From NCBI GenBank assembly GCA_951406725.2, contig OX597834.1:27528001-27592000 (forward strand): a stretch of 64,000 bases of DNA. Direction: 5' to 3'. The notes under the pieces are model-generated. The model had not been told where the DNA came from. It made no database searches and was given only the letters and a program-made list of their open reading frames with translations. The number at the start of each line of letters is the position of its first letter. Position 1 is the stretch's first letter. The position numbers and the translations under genes are program-made. This document shows positions 41,658-58,394 of the stretch, piece by piece. The DNA is from Octopus vulgaris. Taxonomy: Eukaryota.

Positions 41658-41979
41658 TCTATTATCTATGTATGCGCCCTCTTCAAGCCTAGCCAGGCTC
41701 ATGGGCCCGGTTTCCCGGTTTCTGTGGCGCATGTGTCCCCACCCCAGCTGGACGGGATGCCAGTCCATCGCGGCGTTACTCAAGAAACAGGAAGAAAGAG
41801 TGAGAGGAAGTTGGGGCAAAAGAGTACGACAGAAGTCGCCACCATTCCCTGCCGGAGCCTCGCCGAGATTTTAGGTGTTTTCGCTCAATAAACACACACA
41901 ACGCCCGGTCTGGGAATGGAAACCGCGATCCTCCGACCGCGAGTCCGCTGCTCTAACCACTGGGCCATTGCGCCTCCAC
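41658..41979 (-). mobile_element. SINE with family B head and a different 3' half; 14-bp TSD
   Basis: TSD ATTGATAGTCAAAT at 41644-41657 and 41980-41993; tail GCGATGGACTGGCATCCCGTCCAG...GAAACCGGG. Confidence 0.88.
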
Positions 41980-42131
41980 ATTGATAGTCAAATATTGAGT
42001 CTAAAACGTATTTGAATTTTTGATGTGTAACTTCGTTTGTAACAGGAATTATCTTAACGACGCGTATATATAAAGTATTTTTCGCATTTAACAGCTTTTC
42101 ACTCTTATTAGACAGGGACGAAGTTTTGTTA

Positions 42132-42543
42132 TACTCTTTTACTGTTATTCTTTTACTTGTTTCAGTCATTTGACTGCGGCCATGCTGGAGCACCGCCTTT
42201 AATCGAGCAACTCGACCCCGGGACTTATTCTTTTGTAAGCCCAGTACTTATTCTATCGGTCTCTTTTGCCGAACCGCCAAGTTACGGGGACATAAACACA
42301 CCAGCATCGGTTGTCAAGCAATGCTAGGAGGACAAACACAGACATAAACACACACACGCATATATATATATACATATATACGACAGGCTTCTTTCAGTTT
42401 CCGTCTACCAAATCTACTCACAAGGCATTGGTCGGCCCGGGGCTATAGCAGAAGACACTTACCCAAGATGCCACGCCGAGGGACTGAACCCGGAACCATG
42501 TGGTTTGTTAGCAAGCTACTTACCACACAGCCACTCCTGCGCC
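42132..42543 (-). mobile_element. SINE family A, full length
   Basis: Homology to other A copies. Confidence 0.92.
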
Positions 42544-42978
42544 TATATTGATATTGAATCGAAAAACAACTGTCATATTAGATTTTCTAATAGGGGTGCC
42601 GTGGATTTCTGAAAGGCTTGGCAAGGGTGCCTCGAGGCAGAAAAAGTTGGGATACTGTGGTCCAGACATATCTAGGTTAAGAACCAGAGACACACATCAT
42701 TGAGTGCTGGTGTGGTGAGAGCGGACGGGTTATTATGTCTCAGTTATGTCTCTCCTCAGACTCCGCCTCTCTATCCACGACTACCCCATCTAATTACCTA
42801 CTCAACAAATATTCCACTTCTTTTTCTTTCTTTCTTTCTTTCTTTCAAGACACACTTCTTCTCTTCCTTTAAATCTCTTTTCGTCTCCCATTCAGGAGCA
42901 AAAATCTCTCTCCTCTCGCTTTTTTTCTATCTTTCTCACTCTCTCTCTCTCACTCCTTCAAACACACACTCATGCACA

Positions 42979-43021
<43 letters not shown>

Positions 43022-43304
43022 ACACGCGCACACCCACACACAAACACACGCACACACAAGCGTACACCAACAGCATTTGTCTGTCTTCAAATTTTCTTTT
43101 TCTTATTTTTTCTCAATCTCTCTCTTATACGCGCTCCCTTACTTTTTCATTCGCTAATATTACCCTCTCTTTTTCATTCCCGATCCTTCTTTCTCACCTT
43201 CCCTCTAGATATTCCTAGATCTTTCTCGCTACTACATAGCCTTTTTCTTCTCTCTCACTATCTCTCTCTTTCTTTCTCTCTCTCTCTCTCTATCTATCAA
43301 TATT

Positions 43305-43615
<311 letters not shown>

Positions 43616-43701
43616 TATTATTGTTATCGATGTATCTTTCAATTTATCTCTGTTTCACCTCATTGTCTAGATCTTCAAACCCTCTCACCACCAAATCACT
43701 C

Positions 43702-43772
<71 letters not shown>

Positions 43773-43828
43773 CCTACCTACCTACTTACCTATCCCTCTC
43801 TAACCACTCAGCCGAAGTTCTCCATTCA

Positions 43829-43885
43829 ATGACGACGTGTCTTTTTTATATAAAACAGCAAAAACCGTGGACCGGAAGTTATTGG
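43829..43885 (+). promoter_or_regulatory. Candidate core promoter/enhancer motifs
   Basis: TGACG half-CRE, TATATAAAA at 43847-43855, ACCGGAAGT (ETS) at 43871-43879, ATTGG; motif evidence only. Confidence 0.3.
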
Positions 43886-44265
43886 AACGAGGCTTCCCTT
43901 AGCTTTCACTATCGTACCCTCATTCCTGATTGCTTACCGTGTCACCATACCAATTCCGCTCGTCTCAGACACCATAGCTTTCAGATTTCTTCTTACCTAA
44001 CTTTCGCAAGCCGAAAACTGCGACTTTTCTTCCCTCCGCCTCTTGTTGTTGTTGTTGTTGTTATTGCTGTTGTCGTTGTTGTAGCTATTGTTGTAGTTAT
44101 TGTTGTTACTGTAGCCGTTGTACTGTGTATATTTTGCAGGTATGCATTTTTGTATTTGTATGTCTATAAGTATGCAAGAATAAATGTATACCTATGTAGA
44201 GATAACGTGTATGTGTGTCTGCGTGTGTGTGTGTGGAAATATATCTATTTATGTATATGTGTGTG

Positions 44266-44353
<88 letters not shown>

Positions 44354-44435
44354 CATATATGTATGTATGTGTATATATATATATATATATATCATCATCA
44401 TCGTTTAACGTCCGCTTTCCATGCTAGCATGGGTT

Positions 44436-44475
<40 letters not shown>

Positions 44476-44735
44476 TATACATATGCATTTGTGCATATGT
44501 GTCTACATATTTTTCTCTATATAAACATGTATGTATGTGGGAGATGAATAAATATGTATGTATATTTATACATACACAGTTATGTGTGTGAGTATGTGTG
44601 TAAATGCATGTGTATAGCATTTCTGGGGTTTTTTTCTGTTCGTTTTTCATACCATTTTTATTAATAATGAATGACATTTTATAAAAACTTTTCCAGTTTC
44701 GTCGTATTAACATATCGACCCTAAAATACACGTCT

Positions 44736-44767
<32 letters not shown>

Positions 44768-44854
44768 GGACACACATATTCACACTCTTACATGTAGACA
44801 CACTTCTCTATATTTCCGTACACATGCATACATCTATACATACATATGTGTGTG

Positions 44855-44968
<114 letters not shown>

Positions 44969-45028
44969 GAGATAGAGAGATAGATATACATACATATATT
45001 CATACATACATATACACACATATATATG

Positions 45029-45060
<32 letters not shown>

Positions 45061-45098
45061 TATACACATATCTTTATGTACATACATATACAGACATA

Positions 45099-45178
<80 letters not shown>

Positions 45179-45526
45179 TATTATCATATATATGTATGTA
45201 TATGTATGCTATAAATATGTGCATGCACAAAAACAGTTGGATGGTATGAAGCAGGAATGCACATGCACATTGCACATCTTCAATGCACCTACTCCATGCA
45301 TGGACAGATGCATAAAATTCCTAATTAATCAATTCTATTTCTTTACATTTATTTACTTTTTTTGCCATTCCAACCTTATGAAGACTTCTTTTCGTTACTT
45401 GAACTTATATACACTCAGATATACACGTGTTTTTTTCGTTATTTTTGTCATGTGTGAGTCCTGCGTATGTGACCTGTGTGTGAGTCCTCTGTGTGTGTGT
45501 TCTATGTGTGTCAGTGTGTCTGTGTC

Positions 45527-45560
<34 letters not shown>

Positions 45561-45778
45561 TGTGTACAACCGATTTTTTTCTTAAATGTAGGGAGAAATT
45601 TTTTCAAAAAAACCTGTTTAACAGAGACAATTATATAATTACATATACACAAGCTGATATAAGTGTGTGTGTGTGTGTGTGTATGTGTCTGCTTGAGTGT
45701 GTGCGTAAGTGTGGCAATATAGTTTTTATTCGATGATAGTGCTGAAAGATATCTATGCATATGAATGTATATACATAG

Positions 45779-45809
<31 letters not shown>

Positions 45810-45904
45810 CATATATATGTATACACACACACACACACACAGACACACACACACACACACAGACACACATATATATATATATATATATATACATATATAT
45901 ATAC

Positions 45905-45980
<76 letters not shown>

Positions 45981-46015
45981 CATACATATGTATATGTTCA
46001 TATATATGTGGCTCT

Positions 46016-46052
<37 letters not shown>

Positions 46053-46953
46053 TATTTGTTTATATATGTATACACACATATATATGCATTAAAATTTGTT
46101 TATATATATATATATATATATAGACATACACATACACATTCATACACAGACATACACATTCGCATGCACACACACACACACGCACACACACACACACACA
46201 CATACATACACATATTCACACACGTAGGCATTCATTCAATATTCGGTCGGACATATTTCGCAACAGTACTTCTTTCACTAAAATCTGTGTGATTGTTTTT
46301 TGTCTTCTTTCCCCTTCTTCAGCGAGTGCAGCTGCGGTCCCTACCCCAGACAACGATCACATTCACGTTTCTTCTTCTTCTCATTTTCTTCTTTACTTTC
46401 CCTTTTTTCCTTATACCTGTTCCTAGGACGGACTGGTGGGAAGTTCCGTGGAATATTCCAAGCAACGGCTTCCCATTAGATCCCTTTTTACAACACGCAA
46501 AGAGCTGAGCCTCTTTTTGCCATTATTACAAATCAGCAAATCGAGGTTGAGTTGTTACGGAATCTGGCTGGTACCAACAATGGGTTACTCAAATGTCACG
46601 CATCTTACAGAGCTGGAACCTGGTGATTCTAGCACCAATTGACAGCTGTAGACATACATACCTACCGTACCGGCCTACCTGCTTACCTACCTTTCCTATC
46701 TGCCTATCGACGTGCTTAGCTCTCCCCAACATTCTTACAACCCAAACACTTTTTCCTACCAACCAACAAACCATCCTTCCTACCTACCATTCCACCTACT
46801 TACCTACCAATCTACATACCTTCCTATCTCCACCTTTGTACGGGAAATGAATTTCTACACGCATGGGTATATATATTAATATATATATAAATGTGTACAC
46901 ACACACACGCACACACATACGCACACATTGTATATATATATATATATATGTAC

Positions 46954-46997
<44 letters not shown>

Positions 46998-47052
46998 TAT
47001 GTATGTATGTATGTATGTATGTATGAATGAATGTGTGTGTGCCTGTATAGAT

Positions 47053-47084
<32 letters not shown>

Positions 47085-47108
47085 TATATTTATATAATCA
47101 GCTCTCTC

Positions 47109-47150
<42 letters not shown>

Positions 47151-47210
47151 TATGTGTATGCTGTTATTACTCCATATATATGTGTGTGTAGTTATAAATG
47201 CATATATATA

Positions 47211-47245
<35 letters not shown>

Positions 47246-47377
47246 GAGCACGTGTATTATCTGTGATGCGTATACGCGTTTGTGTGTATGTTTGCGTGCG
47301 CATACTCATGTGTGGGTAAGTTTGTATACGTACATGCGTCAGTAAATTTGCACGTTTTTTATTGCGTATCGTTATGA

Positions 47378-47425
<48 letters not shown>

Positions 47426-47587
47426 ACATACATTTATAAACACACTCGTATATATAGATACATATGTACGTATATATGTATATGTATCCGTCAACCTATC
47501 TATCTGTACATGGATATCATTATTGTGTATATACACGCACGCGCATATACAGAATGAGAAAGAGAGAGAGAGAGGGGAGAGAGAGAC

Positions 47588-47633
<46 letters not shown>

Positions 47634-48099
47634 GCAGAGAGAGACAGAGAGAGAGAAACGGACAGAGAGACAGAGAGACAGACAGAGAGTGACAGACAGA
47701 CTGACAGACAGACAGAGAGTGACAGACAGACAGAGAGTGACAGACAGAGTGACAGACAGACAGACACACAGACACACAGAGGCACAGAGACAGAGAGAGT
47801 GGTGTGTGTGTGTGTGTGTTGTTTATATTTATGTTTGTACTTTTTAATTTTTATTATTTATATCTGAACGTTTCGGCCATTTAGTGCTGATAAAGCATTT
47901 CAGCATATTTAACTCTTCCCACCACTAGATGGCAGTCTAGTCATCAGTTCTTCTTGCAGGAGGCTGATACAACACATCGACTGTTCATGTTGTCCTTCCG
48001 AAAAGAAAATCGGGAAGACGTACAAAAATCGGAAAAGGAGAAGAAGAAAGAAAAAAAAAGGGAAAGAGGTGAGAAAGGAAGATAGGAATAAAAGAGAAT

Positions 48100-48147
<48 letters not shown>

Positions 48148-48206
48148 CTATATAAGAGAGATAGAATAAATGAAACGAGGAACGATGGAGAGTGAGATTG
48201 TAGAAA

Positions 48207-48264
<58 letters not shown>

Positions 48265-48273
48265 ATTATTATT

Positions 48274-48323
<50 letters not shown>

Positions 48324-48351
48324 TAATAATAATAAGGATGATGAATAATAA

Positions 48352-48516
48352 GGCGCAGGAGTGGCTGTGTGGTAAGTAGCTTGCTAACCAACCACATGGT
48401 TCCGGGTTCAGTCCCACTGCGTGGCATCTTGGGCAAGTGTCTTCTGCTATAGCCCCGGGTCGACCAATGCCTTGTGAGTGGATTTGGTAGACGGAAACTG
48501 AAAGGAGCCTGTCGTA

Positions 48517-48569
<53 letters not shown>

Positions 48570-48790
48570 ATGTATATGTTTGTGTGTCTGTGTTTGTCCC
48601 CCTAGCATTGCTTGACAACCGATGCTGGTGTGTTTACGTCCCCGTCACTTAGCGGTTCGGCAAAAGAGACCGATAGAATAAGTACTGGGCTCACAAAGAA
48701 TAAGTCCCGGGGTCGATTTGCTCGACTAAAGGCGGTGCTCCGGCATGGCCGCAGTCAAATGGCTGAAACAAGTAAAAGAGTAAAGAGTAT
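48352..48790 (+). mobile_element. SINE family A, full length
   Basis: GGCGCAGGAGTGGCTGTGTGG head through AAAAGAGTAAAGAGT tail. Confidence 0.93.
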
Positions 48791-49049
48791 GATGATGATG
48801 ATGATGATGAGGAGGAGGAGGAGGAGGAGGAGGAGGAGGAGGAGGACGACGACGACGACGACGATGACGGTGCAATACCAGGCACTGGCTCTCATGGCTT
48901 CTGGTCTTAATTGATTGGAAGTGTTATGATATATATCTTTTGACATGGGCTTTAGCAAATATTCTGCTGGTCGCACTTCCCTGCCACTAATCCTCTATAA
49001 ATTTCTAAAGCGGAACATCTACCGATTCCATTGCCTGACTGGTAGAGAG

Positions 49050-49560
49050 CTGTGAGATCCTGACGACATTCTAGCTGTAAGGCACCCAGTCTCGGTCTTT
49101 TTTTTTCAACCAGGACTGCAGCTCCGTCAAGGAGACGAGTCGCGGTAAGACAATCCTCACAAACGGAGCCCCCAACCGCTCATTGTCTAGAAATTGTTGC
49201 AGATGGAGTAAGCTGGGTGCGCATCTGCGCATTAGGGACCACGGCATACATAATCCGCCACTCAGAGGATGCAGGCAACAGACTGACCGTCTGACCATCG
49301 GAACGTGGCCCTTCCACAAGAATTTAAATAAGAGACGCTACAACTTGGTCAAGTAGTAACCGGGACAATGTACGACGGTCAGGCGATAAATGATAACGGA
49401 GGCGATGCAGGTATTCGCCACCTCTGACTGACTTTTCAGATACAGCTTCCTCTGGGACCATATCTGGATAAGAGTGGTCACCTAGAGGTCAGGACCAAAC
49501 CGAACCCTGAGCAGTTTAACTGGTCCGTGGATCCACCGTCCGACGACGCCGTCGGTTATG
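49050..49560 (-). pseudogene. L1/Tx1-clade LINE ORF2 fragment
   Basis: GPVKLL...IWSQRKL...IASVIIYRL...FKFLWKGHVPMVRRSVCCLHPLSGGLCMP matches the post-RT W..R.L / FLW / GGLG.P pattern. Confidence 0.75.
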
Positions 49561-50699
49561 CATCGCAGAAGCCACCAAATGTCTAGTCCTGGTGGGATTC
49601 TAGAAATGCAGACACGCGCTGTACGTTTCCCTATGGTATGACTTTACTGGTTTTGCAGGGGGTCATTAAATGTTTCATAACGAGGGCTTCTGACTTAAAC
49701 ATCACCGAAATGGTGCTGTATTGTTTCCCTTCGCTATGTATTCTATGTCATTTTTGATACACCTCAGCGCTGCCTTAATATCTACTTGGGCTATTAAAGC
49801 CGTCTGCTGAGATGCATCTGAAAAGCACCGTTCTTCTCTCCACTGCTTCAGTTGCCTCTGATGGGATTGTCAGGTTGGCCCGAGTCTTCTCTTGTTTTAT
49901 TAGTTTCCATGCCTGTGGTAGCATCTACTCCTTATTTTTGAGGTCTACGGTAAAATGTTGTTTGTTCTTCGCTGCTGCTCCTGCTGTGAACGTATTTTTG
50001 TTATTGGTATTGTTCTCGTTGTTGTTTTTGTTGCTGTTACTGTTGCTGCTGCTGCTGTCACTGTTGTTGCCGTTGTTCTTATCGATAATTTTGGTATTGG
50101 TTTTGTTATTGTTGCTGTTGTCACTTTTGCTCGGCTGTTGTTGCTGTTACAGTTGTATTTTTCGTGGTTATTGTTGTTATAGCTACTGCTACTGTGGCTG
50201 TCACTGCTGCGGCTGCTGCTGCTGTTGTCATTTCTACCACTGTTAGTGTTTCTACTACAGTAATTGTTGTTACTGTTAGTTGAAATTTGTACCATGACAG
50301 TCATGTTTTTCTCCTCCTCCTCTTTCCCTGTACTGTTGTTCCTAATAGAAGGAAGGGGAGGGAAATCTACCATATTTGTAGGAAGGGTTGGTTTGTTTTC
50401 CCTGAACCCTTTCAAGACGCGCTCCGCCATCTTGTTGAGTTCTGTTTGATTCAATTTGATTAACACCCATCGAAATTATTCGGTAGGCCGAACATCGCTC
50501 CTCTGGGGGGTTAAACAACCATAGAAAACCAGTAACATGTTCCTGATGTATATATTGAAAAACCTGGAATAAAATAATTATTGCAAAAGGACACCAATCC
50601 GGGTGTAAATAGATATTTTGAACCGAACTTTCTTGGAGCGTTCGAAAAGACACGTATGATCTGTTTCGCAGCAAATATAATTGATAATAATAATAATAA

Positions 50700-51063
50700 A
50701 CTTAGATAAACTTAGATATGTTTCGACCAAAGATTGGTCCAGACCATGTCTAACTTAATTGCACCACCTGATAGGATTATTCGAATCCTGTTTAAGTCAA
50801 GTTTTGTTCAAGTAGTGAGTTCTTGTTGGGTGAGTTGTATCCAATTATGGGTGGCTTATCTGGTATTCTTTGAAGGAATCTATCCAGACTCTGTTTAAAG
50901 TTGATGGGATCCTTTTCCTCTTTGATCTCCCTCGGGGCAATGTTAAATAGGGCAGGGCCTGTTGAGGAAAAGAAATTATGTTGCAGTGTACATGTATGTT
51001 GTGATCTTGAATTTGGCAGGGGACGTATAGCCCGTGGTCCAAGTCTTGGATGAACCTTGAAGC

Positions 51064-51066
<3 letters not shown>
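50700..51066 (-). mobile_element. Second, shorter copy of the CR1-group LINE 3' end, within (AAT)n
   Basis: Near-identical to 29288-29665 apart from an 11-nt deletion. Confidence 0.9.
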
Positions 51067-51129
<63 letters not shown>

Positions 51130-51131
<2 letters not shown>

Positions 51132-51545
51132 TTTTCTACAATAAGCACAAGGCTTGAAATTCTGGGGGAGGGGGATAGCCGACCAAAGTGCGACTATCAA
51201 CTCAGAAAGGATGAAAGATGGAATTTGAACTCAGTAAAGAGTCGAAAGAAATACCTCAAGTGTTTCAAGGCATTTTGTCCGATGCCCTAAAATATCTGCC
51301 AGCTCTGCAGCTTAAAAATACTCTCAACTACAGGGATAAAGCCTGAAAATTTAGGGGGACAGAGTAGGGGGATAGCTGACTGCACCGACCCCAGCGTTTA
51401 AGTGGTACTTATTTTATTTTCCTCGAAATTATGAAGGGTGAATTCGACATCGGATCACATTTGAACACGAATTGTGAACCGGAAGAAATGCCCCCTAAGC
51501 ATTTTGTCCGGCTGATTAACGATTCCACCAGCTCGTCGCCTTAAT
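51130..51545 (-). mobile_element. Two old family C-like SINEs in tandem
   Basis: GGATGAAAG...ATTTGAAC...CCAGCTC motifs twice. Confidence 0.6.
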
Positions 51546-51659
51546 AATGTATTTTCATTTAACAGTTCAAAATGTATTTTTCTTTAACTTTGAAAAACGA
51601 AAGTTTGATAACGAAAATAATTCAGGATGGTGTGCTAACAACGAAGATGTTGGTGTTAA

Positions 51660-54392
<2,733 letters not shown>

Positions 54393-54990
54393 GCGTATCA
54401 GGGTTAAGTTGCAACAAATTTAATGATCTATTATTATTTGTGCGAATTAAAGAGAAAATTGAAAAAGAGAAAAAAAATTAGCTGAAATAATTAAATAATT
54501 AAATAAATAAATAAATATATATGGAAGACTCGAAATAGATTCCTTTTTTTAAAACCAGAATTCAAAAGATACAATCTCCGAGAACTGATTTTTTTTTTGT
54601 AATTTATCTGGAATTATGGTGATAGGCAACCCACTGCCTTCAAAATAACACACACACACACACAAGCACACACAAGCACACACATACACACATACACCTG
54701 TGCGCGTGCAGTCATACGTACATATTTACAGGTAAATACATTCGTGAATCCACACATGCAGGTATATACATACATATACCTTCTTCCGTGCACTCACATA
54801 TAAACATACCTACAGTCACCTACACCTGTATACACGTATACACGTATACATGCGTGATTTTGAGTATGTGTGAATGCAGGTGTGTGTGTGTATGTGTGTG
54901 TGTGTTTGTGTGTGTGTGTATGTGTTTGTGTGTGTTTGTGTGTGTGTGTGTGTCTGTTTGTGTATGTGTGTGTGTGTGTGTGTCTGTTTG

Positions 54991-55025
<35 letters not shown>

Positions 55026-55113
55026 GTGTTTGTTTGTGTGTGTGTGTGTGTGTGTGTTTGTGTGTGTTTGTGTGTGTAGAAAAAAAAACTTCGTTTTAGC
55101 AATGCTGAAAAAC

Positions 55114-55156
<43 letters not shown>

Positions 55157-55321
55157 GTTATGATGACGAATGCGATGACGTTGATGGTGATTACCACGAT
55201 GGTGACGAGAACAGATATTGGTTTCAAATTTTGGCACAATGTCAGCAATGGGAGTAGAGAGAGGGTAAGTCGCTTACGTCAACTCCAGTGTTCAACTGGT
55301 ACTTATTTTAGCGTCCTAGAA

Positions 55322-55736
55322 GGCGGCGAGCTGGCAGAAACATTAGCACGCCGGGCGAAATGCGTAGCCGTATTTCGTCTGTCGTTACGCTGTGAGTTCA
55401 AATTCCGCCGAGGTCGACTTTGCCATTCATCCTTTCGGGGTCGATAAATTAAGTACCAGTTACGCACTGGGGTCGATGGAATCGACTTAATACCTATGTC
55501 TGACCTTGTTTGTCCCATCTATGTTTAACCCCTTGTGGGCAATAAAGTAATAGGTATTTCATCTGCCATTACGTTCTGAGTTCAAATTCCACTGAGGTCG
55601 ACTTTGCCTTTCATCCTTTCGGGGTCGATAAATTAAATACCAGTTTCGCACTGGGGTCGATGGAATCGACTTAATACCTATGTATGTCCTTGTTTGTCCC
55701 ATCTATGTTTAGCCCCTTGTGGGTAATAAAGAAATA
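55322..55736 (+). mobile_element. SINE family C dimer (full unit plus headless unit) nested in an older C-like copy
   Basis: Flanked by near-identical GGTACTTATTTTAGCG.CCT.GA at 55298-55320 and 55737-55759. Confidence 0.85.
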
Positions 55737-55860
55737 GGTACTTATTTTAGCGGCCTTGAAAGTATGAAAGGGAGAGTCGTCGCTGGTGGCATTTGAACTC
55801 AGACCCTAAAGCCGGACGAAACGCCGCTAAGAATTTTGACCGGCGTGCAAACGATTCTTA

Positions 55861-56525
55861 TTTTTTTTTACTGCCCACAAGGGGCTAAGCATAGAGGGAA
55901 CAAACAAGGACAGACAAACGGATTAAGTCGATTATATCGACCCCAGTGCGTAACTGGTACTTAATTTATCGACCCCGAAAGGACGAATGGCAAAGTCGAC
56001 CTCGGCGGAATTTGAACTCAGAACGTAGCGGCAGACGAAATACCTATTTATTTATTACCCACAAGGGGCTAAACATAGAGGGAACAAACAAGGACAGACA
56101 AACGGATTAAGTCGATTATATCGACCCCAGTGCGTAACTGGTACTTAATTTATCGACCCCGAAAGGACGAATGGCAAAGTCGACCTCGGCGGAATTTGAA
56201 CTCAGAACGTAGCGGCAGACGAAATACCTATTTATTTACTACCCACAAGAGGCTAAACACAGAGAGGACAAACAAGGACAGACAAACGGATTAAGTCGAT
56301 TATATCGACCCCAGTGCGTAACTGGTACTTAATTTATCGACCTCGAAAGGACGAATGGCAAAGTCGACCTCGGCGAAATTTGAACTCAGAACGTAGCGGC
56401 ATACGAAATACCTATTTATTTACTACCCACAAGAGGCTAAACACAGAGGGAACAAACAAGGACAGACAAACGGATTAAGTCGATTATATCGATCCTAGTG
56501 AGTAACTGGTACTTATTTAATCGAA
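55861..56525 (-). repeat. Tandem array of headless family C SINE units, period 184 bp
   Basis: CCCACAAG recurs at 55874, 56058, 56242 and 56426. Confidence 0.92.
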
Positions 56526-57714
56526 CTTTTTTTTGCAAGCAACAGATCTCACCCTTTTTTCATAGCAAACAAATCTATTCTAATCGTCAAAACTCAAGTC
56601 TTCTACTTATAACTTACAGATCGACCCCAAAATATCAGTAATTGGTCGTCATCACGGTAAAGTCCACTACTCTACAATGTCAAAGCTTACCTTTTCTTCT
56701 CCACTCAGTGTAGCGTACCAAAGAATCAAATCTCTTGTCCCCTTTCGACACATGACATTTGCTCTAAAATTCAGTAAAAACCCGTTTTCGCAACTCACAG
56801 AACTGCTCCAAAAAGCCTCTACTTACCTTTTGTCGCGGCACATATAACTGCGTCAAAATACAACATTTCCTTCTCCATCGTAACGTCTGTTTCGTAACGT
56901 CTGTGCACACATCTCCTCACAGCACAAAGAACTGGTTCAAATCCTCAAAACTCACCCTAATACAGTATGTAGTAATTTGAGGGTGATTTGAACGACGACT
57001 TAAGGGCTTTTCCCTCTAGTTCCTATGTGTTATTCAGCATCTCTCCATCATGCCAGACCTGATCAAGCCGACCTATGCACATAGGCGTGCCAGTCATGGC
57101 CAACGCGTCTGCTTAAGATGAAGAGTATCTATCAAAACGAGATTCCTCAAACGCATCCTTCATTTTTATTTAAGACAATGAAGTGTGTGAGCAGAGGAAG
57201 ATTTGGTTGTTATTTCTAGCCCGTACAAACGTTTCACTGCTTGGCCCTTTCTTTGGCTCACTGCGTTTGTGCTTGTTTATGAAAGCCGTCGGAGGAATCA
57301 CCCACCCGCATTCTACCGGTACAGCGGTTTAAACATACACAATAGGTGGCGTTTATTTATCCAAGGTAGATGTCTAGAACAGGGGGGTAGATAACGAAAG
57401 AGTAAGAGAGCAGTGGGAAAGGGGGAGAATTCGATAAATAACGTAGCAACAGGTACAGGGTTCGCTACTACTCTAGTTAATCGACAGAGTTTGGAGGGTA
57501 TATGTTGCTGAGAAGGAAGAAAAGGCGGAACAGTCGGAGGAAGAATGAGAAGGATAAGGAAGAGGCGTAGGACAATAGGTTGAGATATACAACAGAGGAA
57601 AATATTACCAGATGAGAGAGAAAATGAACAGCATGGCGACAGCGGCAAGCAAATGGCGAACGAACGAATTTTTAATATTTGTCAGATGGTGTGTGAAATA
57701 TATACACGTGTGTG

Positions 57715-58336
57715 CATACATACATACATACATACATACATACATACATACATGCATACATACATACATACATACATACATACATACATACATACATGCA
57801 TAAATACATACATACATACATACATGCATAAATACATACATACATACATGCATACATACATACATACATACATACATACATACATACATACATACATACA
57901 TACATACATACATACATGCATACATACATGCATACATACATACATACATGCATACATACATACATACATGCATACATACATGCATACATACATAAATACA
58001 TACATTCATACATACATACATACATACATACATACATACATACATACATACGTGCATACATACATGCATACATGCATACATACATACATACATACATGCA
58101 TACATACATACATACATACATACATACATACATACATACATACATACATACATACATACATGCATACATACATGCATACATACATAAATACATACATTCA
58201 TACATACATACATACATACATACATACATACATACGTACGTACATACGTGCATACATACATGCATACATGCATACATACATACATGCATACATACATGCA
58301 TACATACATGCATACATACATACATACATACATACA

Positions 58337-58371
<35 letters not shown>

Positions 58372-58392
58372 GTACATACATACATACATATA
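57715..58392. repeat. (CATA)n microsatellite
   Basis: Direct reading. Confidence 0.95.
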
Positions 58393-58394
58393 TA

